Assembly: GCA_964270895.1 (NCBI GenBank)
Contig: OZ185437.1
Origin: Podarcis filfolensis
Lineage: Eukaryota
Direction: 5' to 3' (one strand)
Length of the DNA: 64,000 nucleotides
Shown: piece by piece, positions 1-12,240 of the stretch
How positions within the stretch are numbered: the first letter of the stretch is position 1
How the letters are laid out: the number at the start of each line of letters is the position of its first letter
Notes under the pieces: model-generated
What the model was told of the DNA's origin: nothing
What the model saw: only the letters and a program-made list of their open reading frames with translations
Database searches by the model: none
Translations under genes and position numbers: made by a program

Positions 1-423
1 CAAGACCCTGCTTTCTAGAATTACCCACTCTTCAACCTAAGGTTCCAGGGTGAGTTACAACAATTAAAAAATAAAATAAAATAAGTTTGAAACAACTTGC
101 AGTCACAGAACTAAGGTGGGTCCTCCCCATCTGAGGCAAAGTGACCGGTTCAAAATGCTATCAATAGCTGGGAAATTGAGATGAATATTAAACCAGAAGG
201 AATGTGATTAGTAAATATTGTCTTGCTTCCCAGTAATAATCAAAGATCCTTTTGTTCAGAATCAAAAATAAAATAAATCTTACCATTTTCTACACAGTCA
301 TTAGAAGGATAATAAAGAAATTATCAATGTTAAGCTGTCTACAGAGTCTGTATATTGAGAAGTGACTCTTTTCTAACCTTCAACACAATCTGTTACTCAG
401 ACTTGTATTTTATTTCTCCCCAG

Positions 424-521
424 GTTACAATGCCCCATACCTCTCAGTATACAGTGAAAATGCCGTTGATATATTTGATGTGAACTCCATGGAGTGGATT
501 CAGACTATCCCCCTCAAGAAG
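424..521 (+). CDS. CDC42BPA: CDC42BPA internal coding exon, CNH domain C-terminal part ((C)YNAPYLSVYSENAVDIFDVNSMEWIQTIPLKK)
   Basis: Acceptor ttctccccag ends at 423, donor GTAAAT at 522; 98 nt (2+96). Translation matches recalled MRCK-alpha sequence. Confidence 0.95.
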
Positions 522-1072
522 GTAAATAGCAAATGATACTGAAGAGCAAACCATTCCATAGGATAGATTCCAACGAGAGTTAAGAGTGTTTCAACCTGTT
601 AGCATATTCAGTCAAATGCAACTTATAAAAGAATTCCCTATCTGCGTTTATCATTTGTTATGCAATACAATTCCTCCTCCCCCTGAAATTCTCATACACC
701 AGTAATTTTTAAAATTATTATATTGAGAATTATTGCATGATCACTCGTAAGGCTTTAGCTGATCATTGTGTTTTTAATTTCTTTTTTTTTTAATTCAAAC
801 TGCATCATTTCCTCCATTGAAAAACACCTTGTGAACTTCTGTTTAATATTATGAGCAAATGAAAATGAAAAAATTATACACTATCTCAGATCTTAGGTAA
901 AATGACTCCAGGTTTTTGGCAAAGGTTTCAACACTAATTCACTAATCAGTTTCAGAGTGTGTGTTTTTAAGACTGTTGTTAATTATTGTTCTGCATCGTT
1001 AGCCTTTGAGTTTCAGAAATATTTTACTAAAGCCAATATTTACTAAGCTACTCATAACTCATGTGCTTTCAG

Positions 1073-1157
1073 GTACGTCCTTTGAACACAGAAGGATCGC
1101 TGAACGTTCTTGGACTAGAAACAGTGAGGTTAATATATTTCAAAAACAAGATGGCAG
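1073..1157 (+). CDS. CDC42BPA: CDC42BPA coding exon (VRPLNTEGSLNVLGLETVRLIYFKNKMA)
   Basis: Acceptor gtgctttcag, donor GTGAGG at 1158; 85 nt, phase 0 to 1, continues the previous exon in frame. Confidence 0.95.
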
Positions 1158-1204
1158 GTGAGGGAAAGAAGATTCCTCACTAAAATTAACTTATTGATAT
1201 AACC

Positions 1205-1330
1205 CAGGGATGTGGAACCTGTGGCTCTTCAGACATTGCTGGACTACTGTTTCCATCATTCCTGACCAATGGCTATGCTGATGGGAGTTAAACCCCAACA
1301 ACACCTGGAGGGTCACAGGATCCCCATCCA
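1205..1330. mobile_element. Degenerate ggactac-type MITE (further worn copies 35550-35650, 51745-51817, 60210-60340, 61745-61830)
   Basis: cagacattgctggactac...catcattcctgacca...gatgggagtt...acacctggaggg core matches 30247-30382. Confidence 0.6.
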
Positions 1331-3228
1331 CGATATAGCCCATTAAATATTGTGTATCATTGTTGATTCAGTCTCGTATAAGACATTTTTGGTTGGCCTT
1401 ACAACCATTTCAGCTGCAATCTGACAAAGACACTCATTCTCTCAGGGTTAAGAACAAAATTATGAAAAAGTTATTGTACCGTGTGCCCTAAATAGCTGGG
1501 AGACTATGGAGACTCTAGTACAGCAGCATGATTGACTTGGAAATCTATTGTTATTTTATTCTGGCCTACCACTTGTGATTCGTAGATGTTTTAGGTTCTG
1601 CTTATTTTTCCATAAATAAAATGGAAATTTTTATTGCTATTTTCTCAAACTTACAGAATAATTCTCTGCCAAAAAAGACTCCTGAAGCAGTTAACAATAA
1701 CACCTGCATAAATACAATAAAATCACAAACACAACTACACTTTTTGAAAAACCCAGTCCTTGATCACAACACTAGTTGTAATAATATATATGTTTATTTG
1801 GGTTGGTAAAACTTAGTCCAATCAGTATAGTCACCATTGACATTTAAGATCTGTACTGTAAATAACAATGAGAAGAGGAAACAAAAGATTAGAAATTATG
1901 TTGGCATATATATTTACCACTCCCTGTCCGGAGTGAAGTGCGAAGATTACATTATCACAAGAAATGAGTATATTTTTCTTTATAAATGTTTTAGAATATT
2001 GAGTGCTTATAGAATATTGAGTGTATGTTCCTAGTATCAGAAATTAGGTTATTTATTTACAGAACCTAGGATCAGTTATTTAATCCTAGAGCAGGTTAGA
2101 AAAAACAATAAAGCTATATAAAAATAAAAGAAAACTATTTGAAAAGCAAGAAGGATATAATAGTACAACAGCTTCACAACAACCAGTTTGCAATTCAGTA
2201 TTAAATCAGTCCCATGCAAAACTGGGTGAAGAGGTAAGCTTTTAATTGGTGCCAATTTTGATTTACCTGAAGATAATTTGGTTCTGTCGATCTTACAAAA
2301 AATGGATAAACAACAGCAGAATTATTAGGGTTAGATGAAGTGATCTTTTCCTTTTTCCTGCTTAGTGCTAGAATTCAGTTATCTACGTGAGTTTTTCTCA
2401 AAGCAGATCTCAAAATCTCCCCCCCCCCAATCATTGAAGCACAGTCTCAAACACCTACACAGGTATTAGTGCAGGTGTAAGGTTACCTACCCCAAATAAA
2501 TGGAAATGGAAGCATTTACTTAAGCATCCTGCTGTACTAACTTTTCTTCCCCTTCTATCCTACCACAACTTCTTGGATCAATCTCCCTGTACAAGTACCC
2601 ACTTTGTATCATGTACCAAACATCATTCATTATATATATGCAGCTTTAAAATATAGTTGTCTGCTCAGAAATAAGCACTACAGATTCCACTGAGACTCAA
2701 GAGTTAACTCAGTAATGTGTTTAATTAAGCCCCAATACATTTGTTTCCTTTGAAAGGAGGTGACTTGGGAGCTGAGAAGTAGGGAAGAGCTTAACACTTT
2801 CCTTATTTGCTGCTGCTGCTCAAAAGATTGCCATCCCTAATCCACTTTGCTTCCCTTGCCCCCATGTTTGAATCTCAGAGGAAGGCTAATTTGGGGCTGG
2901 AGAAGCAGTGGGAAGGAAGCAGGTTAAGCACCCTCCTCCCTTTGTACTTAATGTCTCAAAATCGCCCCCTCCCCAACTTAAAAAGGGGGGTGAACTTTTT
3001 AAAAGCATGTTTGCATGTGATACACAATTAGCGTTGGATTGCAGTCACAGAAATAGTGTTTTACAGTTTCTTCTTCCTACGTTATTTTTGTGTTTGTTTA
3101 TATAATTTCCCAGGGGCTCTGTTTAGATAACAACCCAGAATAGGGGAAATACATAGCTTAATACGCTTTTAACCATTTTATTAATTAACTTAATATGGAA
3201 CCTGCTGGGTTTTTTGCATCTTTCCTAG

Positions 3229-3352
3229 AGGGTGATGAGCTGGTGGTTCCCGAGACATCCGATAACAGCCGGAAGCAAATGGTCCGAAATATCAACAATA
3301 AACGCCGTTACTCATTCAGAGTGCCTGAGGAGGAGAGGATGCAACAGAGGAG
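3229..3352 (+). CDS. CDC42BPA: CDC42BPA coding exon (EGDELVVPETSDNSRKQMVRNINNKRRYSFRVPEEERMQQRR)
   Basis: Acceptor tctttcctag, donor GTCGGT at 3353; 124 nt, phase 1 to 2; lies within ORF 3195..3401. Confidence 0.95.
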
Positions 3353-4624
3353 GTCGGTATTCAACCTGTACTTGTCTTCTGTACATGCCTGTAGGCCCTG
3401 AAGACTTGTTTGTCTGCTGTCAATGTAGTTTTTTGGTTTGTTAGAACAGACATTTGTCTCTCTTCCCTTACATTTACTCTTTGTATATACTTTGTATAAA
3501 CACCAATCTAAAAGATTTAGTCCATTTAAAATTAAATCCTTGTGCAAAACAATTACTGTAATTTTCTGAATGCATGCCTCCATGTACTGTATATATGTAC
3601 ATTTGCGTGTGCGTGTGTGTGGATATACTGTATATATGAAGACTGATAATAAAATTTTTTACAAAAGAGGATTACATTACTAATTATGCATACGTATTAC
3701 TTTCAAAGTCTAGTACTTGCTGTTGTACTTTTTGGCAATGCTCATCCCATACTCTGTAACATTCCTCAGTGTTTAGATGTTCTTTATTTAATTGTCCCCT
3801 TGCGTGGCTTCTACGTAACAAATGGCTCACCTTGGAAAATGGTGTCTTGGGGTATATGAAAAAACTACAAACCTTTCTGAATATTAAGAAAATGTTTTCA
3901 GTAAGCACAAGACTGATATTTCAGTGTTTCTGGCCAAGTGTTCTTTCCATCCATAGACATTTACATGTAACTGCAGGAAAGACATATGTAAAGAACAGAA
4001 CTTCTTCTCAAATTGCCAAACTTTTCACTGGTAAAGGTAGCTAGATCTGCTTTTCTTTCTGTAAAGCTATTATAGCAGCACTTATTGTATGATTGGCTAG
4101 TTTTATGCTTTCTGCTTTTCAAAGATGCAGAGAACTCTTAAAGCATTTAGAATGGCACCTTCCTTTACAAACTCTTAAAGTTATTGTGACAGTTAAATAT
4201 GAAGGGTAGTGCAATATTCTTCTAATTCTTCTTCTTCTTCTTCTTTTTTCTTCTGTCCTTCACCTCTGCCTCCATCTTTGCAGTGCCAGGTCACCACTGA
4301 GCCCGCAACTGCACCTTTTCTTGAATGTTGTCTCAACTCCCTCTCTGAGTCTCAGTAGCCCTATGGACTTTTTACGGGCATGGGCTTTTAAGGCTTTAAA
4401 CCAAACTTCTGTTCTTCCCGACCCTTTCCCCTTTCATCAGGCTGAGAGCTGGCATAGAATCAACACCAGAAGTTAAAGTTACCCTCCTTTGAAACCTGGC
4501 CAGATATTTTTTTTTATTTATGTTTTAAAGTAACTTATATGAATATGTATGTAAATATATATTTCACCATTTTTACGAATATCCTCATGGACAAAATACC
4601 TGACCTGGCTATCCTCTCTTGCAG

Positions 4625-4742
4625 GGAGATGCTACGAGATCCAGAAATGAGAAATAAATTAATTTCTAATCCAACTAACTTTAACCACATAGCACACATG
4701 GGCCCAGGAGATGGTATACAAATCCTCAAAGATCTACCTATG
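4625..4742 (+). CDS. CDC42BPA: CDC42BPA CRIB-domain exon ([39 protein letters not shown])
   Basis: Acceptor ctctcttgcag, donor GTAAGT at 4743; 118 nt, phase 2 to 0; canonical CRIB motif [14 protein letters not shown]. Confidence 0.97.
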
Positions 4743-7700
4743 GTAAGTATATGAGAGTGTGTCCACACATAGATGTTATTGTTCTATATAGTAGATAAAA
4801 TGAACATATAGGCATTAAATTGTGATATAAATTGGAGTTGAACAGTTAGAAGGTTTTAATGAAATAAAAGGTGACTTTCATGGGCAGGGGCTTGAAAGTG
4901 ATAAAAATAGAGAAATACAAATCTTAGGAACATAGGAAGCTGTCTTAAGTCCTTTTCCCATCTTGCCAACTTGTCTGTCCTGCCTAGATGTGACGTTCCA
5001 GGTTCTCACACAATAGGTGCTTGGAAAGACCACTTCCTAAAATAAGTTTAACTAGAGATACCACAAGGTGAACCTGTCACTGGCAGTGCCCAAGTTTACT
5101 TCCCATAAAGGTTAACGTTTAACAGTTAAATGTCAATGGCTACATCTGTTGGACACACCAGTTCCACAGTTACGTTAATTAATGGATACAGATAAGGAAG
5201 TCATTCCACACAGTAACCTCATAGTAGCTTACGCAATAGTTCTTGAATAGTTACAACCATTGGTGAAATGCAGAAATCAGGCTACCTGCCCCTCCCATTT
5301 TTTTAATTGTTTGGGGGGGTGCTTTGGTTGGGGAAATTTTTTTTAAGGCTGGTCTGCTTCTTAGTCTGTGTTGTATTTGTTTGGTGGGTGTAGGTGTTTT
5401 ACCTGTTGTTGGGGTGGGGGGGTGGGCTCTGAGCATTGACCGTATCTGCCTATGAAACGTGACCACAACAGTTTCTTAGATTTCTAAATGTGTCCTGGGT
5501 CCCAAAAGGGTGAGTCGCCCTGAAGTTCAGTATTCAGCAAAATAACAGGCTGGGCCAAGTTCTTGCTTCTGTCTGCAGGGTACACAAGTGTCCCACCAGT
5601 TTTTTGTTTCTTCTCCAGATCTTCATGTTATCTGTTCTTCCCTGCTGTATATACAAAAGCATTCTGTTTTCTTTTCCTGCATATTTTTCTAAATTATTTG
5701 AGCTATACAAGAGGACATGAAAGAAGAGAGAATCACGGCAGGTGCTAAGAAACAGTTCACTGTTTATTTTCTCATATGTGCAGTCAGCAAAATTCACAGC
5801 CCAGGATTTATCTGTATTAAGGATTACCCTTTCCTGTGGTCTTCCCTCATGATATATACCAGACACAGAGTCCTCTTCCTCATATTTTCATGATTCTGTA
5901 GGTTTCAAGCATCCCCTGCCAACATAGTAAATGACAGCTCTCCCCACATAGGGTTGCTGTGCTGATTTTCCCTGTTAAAAATTTGCCATCATTCTAACTA
6001 AACAAGCAAAAGAGGATCCTATTCAAATGCTTGCAGGGACCTATTAGTAAATTATGTTACTTCCTTGGGTCCCTACAATTTTTTTTCTATTAAACTTCAG
6101 TAAAAATTAAACATTGTGCCTGATTTATCAGTATGCAAAGACACTATTTCTGTATACTAACCAAGGTATGTTCATCAATTTTTTTGAAGCTAATGGCTTT
6201 TAAAATGAATCAACTGCAGCAGATATTTCCATTTTTCCAACAACAACAAAATTAAGCTATTTAGTGCTTTATCAGAGGTGGGAACCTCCAGCCCACAGGT
6301 CAAACGTTGCCCACCAGGACTCCCTATTGGTCCCATAAGGCCATTTTCAAGAAGCCACCTCCATGCTATGTGTGAGGCAGGTAAGGGCAGAACATCAAAG
6401 GAACAACTGGGGACCCAAAGCTCTCGACTGTTCCTTTGTTCAAGCAAGGTGTGCAGTTTAAAGGAGACACACAGAGGGGGATGTTTGAAGGCATGTTCCC
6501 ATCGCATCAGCTGCTGGAACATGTCTTGCTCAAGGCATTCAAACTTGGGAAGCATGAAGGAGCAAGGTGGGGGTGCCCTCCAAGTACATGGGAGCCTGCC
6601 TCCAATCTCCTCCCCCTTCACTTTTCCTACAAGCCTCTGTGGCTTGAAGGACAAACAGAAGGGGGAGGATGTCTGAAAGCCCTTTATAAACATCCCTGCC
6701 CAAGGATATTTAAAGAAGGGCTGTTTGAAAGCCCCATGGTTTGCTTTGAAGTCCTGACAATTGGGGCTTCAAAGAGAGGCATCACCTGAGGTCACTGATG
6801 TCAGGTGATAGGCTGGTGGGTGGCCCTGCCCACCTGTCAACTTCAGCCAAAAAAGGATCCTGAGCCCTGTGGTATGTGAATAAGCCATTGTTTGAAGTTG
6901 ACTTATTATGAAACTTTCCAGAGTTTGTTTTAATGAAATGCTACACCGAGGTTCTGTAAAAGTGAAACTAAACCCCATGGAAGTCATCATCCACGTGCAC
7001 AGGAAGAGGAGGGGAAATTGTGTGAGCCCGATTCATTACTCAGGCTTGTTCAGGCTCATCTGCACAGCACTGAACCATGGTTTAGTATTACATGCAAACA
7101 AAGCCAGTGTGTAATGTGATACACCGTTTTCCTCCCTGATGAGACATACAACTCTGGTGATGGTCCATCTTCCTGTTTGTGTATATGCAAATTATTATTC
7201 AATTATTATTGAATAATTGGGCTCCATGGTAGCAGCAAGTAGGAAGCAAGAGTTCTTCAATAAAGTATATTAAAATTAACAGCTGGTCCTTAAGCAAAAT
7301 CTCCTACAGGATTTTCCTCTTATATGGAAAACACTGAAATTAGCACATGATTTCATTTGAGGGTACATGTAGGGAAACTGATGTGTTTGTGAATGCTCTA
7401 GTAAAAAAGGGTGTACATTCAGGGTTGTCCCCCCCCCCCCCCCCGGAGTATCTAGATGTTTGGATGACTGGTACATGAAGGAGGATAGAGCCAAAAACAT
7501 TAGTAACTCCTCCCCATACTGTGTTTCCTTGCAATCAAATGTTTGCAGTTGTTTCGTTTATTAATAAGAAAATGGGAGTAGGGTTTTGCCACCAGCTATA
7601 TTTTTTCCTTTGTCTGAAGAGTACCATGCTAGGGAAGGTAGGCTTGGATTTTATATTGCCATATTTTTATTCTAGTATAGCTGTCCCCAGCACACTGAGT

Positions 7701-9264
7701 GCGGGATGTATTCTAGTGCACCATTTGGAAACAGGGCTGTTATTCCCAGTGGTGGGGATGCCTACTGAAAGTGGCGCTTCTTAGGAAGATTAGCTGCATC
7801 AAGATATGTGAGATCATTGTATGTTTGCAAGAGATGATAATGAAAATTGCTCTTAATTTGTCTGACTGTTTTAGTCCTATGATCATCAGTCACGTTGAGT
7901 TCAGTCAGACTTGCTTCTCTGTAGACATGTATAGCATTTCACTGTTAATTTTGTGTCAGATCTTCGGTCTCTTCGGGTTACGTTCCATTCACTTCTTTGT
8001 TACAAATTAATTCAGGGAAAGTTTATTTTTCTAAGATAGTTTTAAAGGCAGTGGTGTTCTTTTTTTAAGAAAAAGAAAAACCCCATACACTTAAGCATCT
8101 AGCTTTTTACCACTAGATGGAGCTGATTTTGCAGGGTAAACTGTTATTAAATTGTGTATTGAATAAATGACGTTTTAAAATTCTACAAGGCTTACAGTAC
8201 ATTTATATACAGATACAGGAATACATAAGGAATATCAGGAGCTGCTTTATACTGAGTTGGACATTTGGTCTATCTAGCTCAGTATTGTTTACACAGATTG
8301 GCAGCAGTTATCCAGGGTTTTAGTTTACCTGTGTGGAAAAAGATTTATTTTCTTTCTTTTTGTGATGTTCACAATTTTTCTTTTTGTTAACTAAGGGGAA
8401 TGAAAGGAAAGGGAAAAAGAGAAAAAGCTATAGATTCATAAATGTAAACGTTATTCAAAAACTAGACCACATAAATCTGGGAGGTGTACACAATGGATAA
8501 TAATACAACAACTACTTTGTCATCTAACCTGCAACAAAAAAGGTACATGAAGTCCTTGACTTGGCCAAGGCCTAACCCATGACTAACTTAAATCTGTAGG
8601 TTTAAAAAGGGTCTGTTCTGAGTATGACTTAGATACCACACAATTTTTTCCATTGTACAGTAGAATATGTACATCACATATTCTCATGGGATTGAATTGG
8701 CTGTGTGAGAATGTCTGGTCCTTTGTATACCATGTACGTTAAGCCCACTTGTGTGTGATGGGACTGTGAAAGTAAAGCCTCTGCAGCCTGACGTACCTGT
8801 GCTACCCAAGGTGTGATGCCATCATAGAAGTCACTAGTAACACATCATGCCTTTTTCAGTCCATTTGCTAATTCAAGCAAGCTGTGAGCAGGTGAGTTTC
8901 CAGTGAAGCTCTACTCTGAGTAGCACAGGTGGTAGGGGGAAGGAGGGGACAGGATTTGATCAAAGGTGAGCCAGGAGGGAAGAATTAACTGTGATGTTTG
9001 TAGTACATGTCAATGTCTGAAGGCAGGAGAAGGGCATATGCTAGACTGCAGTTCACATGCCACTGCTCACTCTCTTCAAAATAGTAATGAGTACTTTGGA
9101 GAGCGAGATTCTAAAATACGATGGTGGTTGTGGTTGTGTATGTACAAAAGCAGTCTCTGGAAATGGGTCAGGCAGTATGCAAATGATAAATATGCCTGTT
9201 GATTTACAAGCCTCGTTTTTAATGAGCATATGCTCCATGATTTGTATTCCTAAGATCACAGATA

Positions 9265-9355
9265 CCCTCCCTCATTATCTCTTTCTCTTTCTCTGTCTCT
9301 TTCTCTGTCTGTCTCTCTATCTCTCTCTGTCTCGCTCTCTGTATCTCTCGTCTTT
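9265..9355 (+). repeat. (CT/TCTG)-rich polypyrimidine tract upstream of the cassette exon
   Basis: Directly visible; no AG between 9262 and 9358. Confidence 0.9.
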
Positions 9356-9360
9356 GATAG

Positions 9361-9546
9361 CCAAGCTCCCCTTATCCACCCTCTCATCATCACTCCCATC
9401 TCATCTCTTCTCCAAGCAACTTCGAGCACATCTATCACATGACTGTTAACTCAGCAGAAAATTTCCTCTCCCGTGATTCCATAAACCGTGCATATTCCCC
9501 ACCTCTACGCTCTGTCCCTCGTACACCAGCCTTTATGAATATAAGG
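9361..9546 (+). CDS. CDC42BPA: CDC42BPA alternative cassette exon with second CRIB-like motif (PSSPYPPSHHHSHLISSPSNFEHIYHMTVNSAENFLSRDSINRAYSPPLRSVPRTPAFMNIR)
   Basis: Follows a ~95-nt pyrimidine tract ending tctttgatAG (9360); donor GTATGA at 9547. 186 nt = 62 codons, open, phase 0/0 like the host intron. Contains ISxPxxFxHxxH. Resembles a 62-aa insert recalled from a human MRCK-alpha isoform. Confidence 0.85.
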
Positions 9547-11474
9547 GTATGAATTGTTCAGCCAGGTGTTCCTGCTACTAACACTGTGTGGTGTTCCTTC
9601 TTTTTTGGCCTGGCTAATATCTGGCAAGATTTCAGCTTTGCAGTTGGCTTCATTTGTGTCTGGATCTTTCTTTTTTTCCTTTTGCTTCCCTTCAGTTACA
9701 TTTCTCTGTAACCCCCAAATGAGGGGTGTGAACTTGGGCAACTACCAAAGTAGAAGTCCTTGACCTTTTCCCAAAATTACTAAGTATTCAAAACAACTTT
9801 TGCAATCCCATTAAAATTCTCCAGAGATTTTCACATGAGTTTCCCAGTTCAAAGGACCCACAGTGAGGAGACTGGCGTCCTAAAACATGTTTGGTACATT
9901 GCGCATGCCTCCCCACAGTCCCCTTGTCCACTGAGATTAGTAGATTCATAGGGGACTTGAAGGAAGCCCAGTGGTGCATCTCAACAGGATTTATGTGATA
10001 ATTATGGAAAGCTTGTTGCTGTATCCAAAGACTTACACCTGTGGCTTTTCTTTGCAACAGACAAGACTTAAACAGTTGGATGGAAATTTGGCTGCATGCC
10101 AAATGACAAAATGAGGCCTATGTATTAGAGATAACCTTGCGTATAGTGTTGGAATTCTGCATTTCAGTATGGTAATAGAATTCTGTCCACTTAATAGAAA
10201 CATCAATCTGATCTGATTTACATGACTTCTGCCACATTGCCCATGTACATACATGCTGCTGTACAGGGTCCTATAACAAAAAGAAAACCCTGTGCCCTGC
10301 CTTGAGGAGTTTGCAGTCTACATTCCAACTTTGTGGAGGCAGCAGAGGGAAGAAAGGAGAGATGGAGGCATATATATGTGCAGACGCAGTCTTACATACC
10401 TTCTTTTTTCTTGAAATCTTAGTCTTTTTCTTGAAATGTTAGGTGAAGGCAAAGAGCTTAAGGCAGAGACTTACCTGGGAGATGGAATTTGAGCTGGGAT
10501 TGAAAGAGAGGACAGAGAACTCCTGCGCCTTGTGGATTTGGGAAGGGAAGGGAGGTCCTGATAAAGCAGGACTGGAGAAATGGGGGCGCCATTTAAGGGA
10601 GCAGGAGGCTGTGCCTCTTCTTATTTCTAGTTAGGTCTGTAGAAGTAGGCTCTTGCTCTGTCAAGTGCTTCCTAAAAATGTTTTTTTATTTGTGGCCTAA
10701 CAATCCTGGTCTAAAGGGAGGTGTCTCACAAATCTCTCCAATCCCGAACAGAACAATAAGGCTGAGCAAGTGGCTGAGCTTCAGGTTTGTTACCATTTGT
10801 GTCCTTTCACATGTAGCTCATCTAATTCTCCTGCCAGCAAGATTGTTTACTGAACTGAATGACCCCCACTGAATGACCCAACTATATTTTCCAAGAAAGC
10901 ATCTTACATTTGGTGGCTGTTAAGTAAATTGCTTCTCTTTTCTGAAGTTAAAAGTTCTACGCAGTGAGCTGTAATCAATTTTATATTTTCTACCTTTCAA
11001 AAGAATGACATTTCAGTCCTGCTGACAGAAATGCAGGATCTATAAATTGTTATTATAAATAAAAATGTACTTTTTCCATTGAGATGTATTTGCTCTGAAG
11101 ATTCGTTTGTTTACCTCCTTGGTCTGTTAAAAAAATAACATCGGTATTTTAAAGGAGATGCTATAGGGTTAAGCTTCACTACCATTTCCTAACTAGTTTT
11201 GAGCAACCATGGATTTTCTTTTTGTGCATGACGTGAAAAGCTTCTCTTTCTCAGTTCTCTGATCTTAGCAGTGAGTTGTACAAATGTTTAGGAAAAGAGC
11301 AGTGAGGCATTTGCTTTGAGGTAAAGAGCACCTAAGAATTAGATGGACTCTGCCTTTTAATCAAATAAAATGAGTGTATCTTTCTCATATACCTGCAGCT
11401 GTGTTAGTTGCCTCCACCTTATTTTAAAATTGATTGTGATCATTAGATCTACTTCCCCAAATAGGGTTACTCAG

Positions 11475-12240
11475 CCCTTAAAGGACCAGGTTCATAGCCT
11501 GGGGGTCACTTTGGACCCACAGCTGTCCATAGAGGTGCAAGTCAACTCTGTGTCCAGGGTGGCTGTCTACCAACTCCATCTAGTACACCAGCTGAGACCC
11601 TACCTGCCCACAGACTGTCTCGCCAGAGTGGCACATGCTCTGCTTATTTTGCACTTGGACTACTACAATGCACTCTATGTGGGGCTACTTTTGAAGGTGA
11701 CTCGGAAACTACAATTAATCCAGAATGTGGCTGCCAGACTGGGAGTGGCTGCCGTGACCGTCTAACACCAATCCGAAAAGATCTACATTGGCTCCCTGTA
11801 CGTTTCCAAGCACAATTCAAAATATTGGTGCTGACCTTTAAAGCCCTAAATGACCTCAGCCCAGTATACCTGAAGGAGCATCTCCACCTCCATCACTTAG
11901 CCTAGACACTGAGGTCCAGCTCCAAGGACCTTCTGGTGATTCCCTCATTGCAAGAAATGAGGTTACAGGGAACCAAGCAGAAGAGCGTCTTCTTGGTAGT
12001 CGCATGCACCCTGTGGAACACCTGCCCATCAGATGTCAGAGTTAAACAACTCTATAACCTTTCATAGACATTTGGAGGCAGCCCTCTTTCGGGACACTTT
12101 TAATGCTTGGTGGGTTTTCTCTCCCCCCACTCCCTCTGTACTTTTGTTGGAAGCCACACAGAGTGGTTTGGGCAACCCAGTCAGATGGGCAATGTATAAG
12201 AAAAAAATTGTTGTTGTCATCATCATCATCACCATCATAA
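11475..12240 (+). mobile_element. 5'-truncated L2-clade LINE (RT C-terminus and 3'UTR)
   Basis: Translates PLKDQVHSLGVTLDPQLS...LDYYNALYVGLLLKVTRKLQLIQNVAARL (L2-type LDYCNxLxxG...KLQxxQNxAAR), then degenerates and ends in a (CAT)n-like tail. Boundaries approximate. Confidence 0.85.

Noticed and set aside
1992-2023. Short direct tandem duplications (tagaatattgagtg x2; also ~10401-10442)
   Set aside because: Typical replication-slippage micro-duplications with no functional signal.
6190-6789. Overlapping long ORFs (167 aa -, 132 aa +, 117 aa +) in a CDC42BPA intron
   Set aside because: No recognisable domain or splice context; overlapping ORFs on both strands are expected by chance in GC-richer intronic DNA.
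11370-11765. 131-aa ORF that could be read as a nested gene
   Set aside because: It is the degenerate RT C-terminus of an L2 LINE, 5'-truncated and broken downstream.
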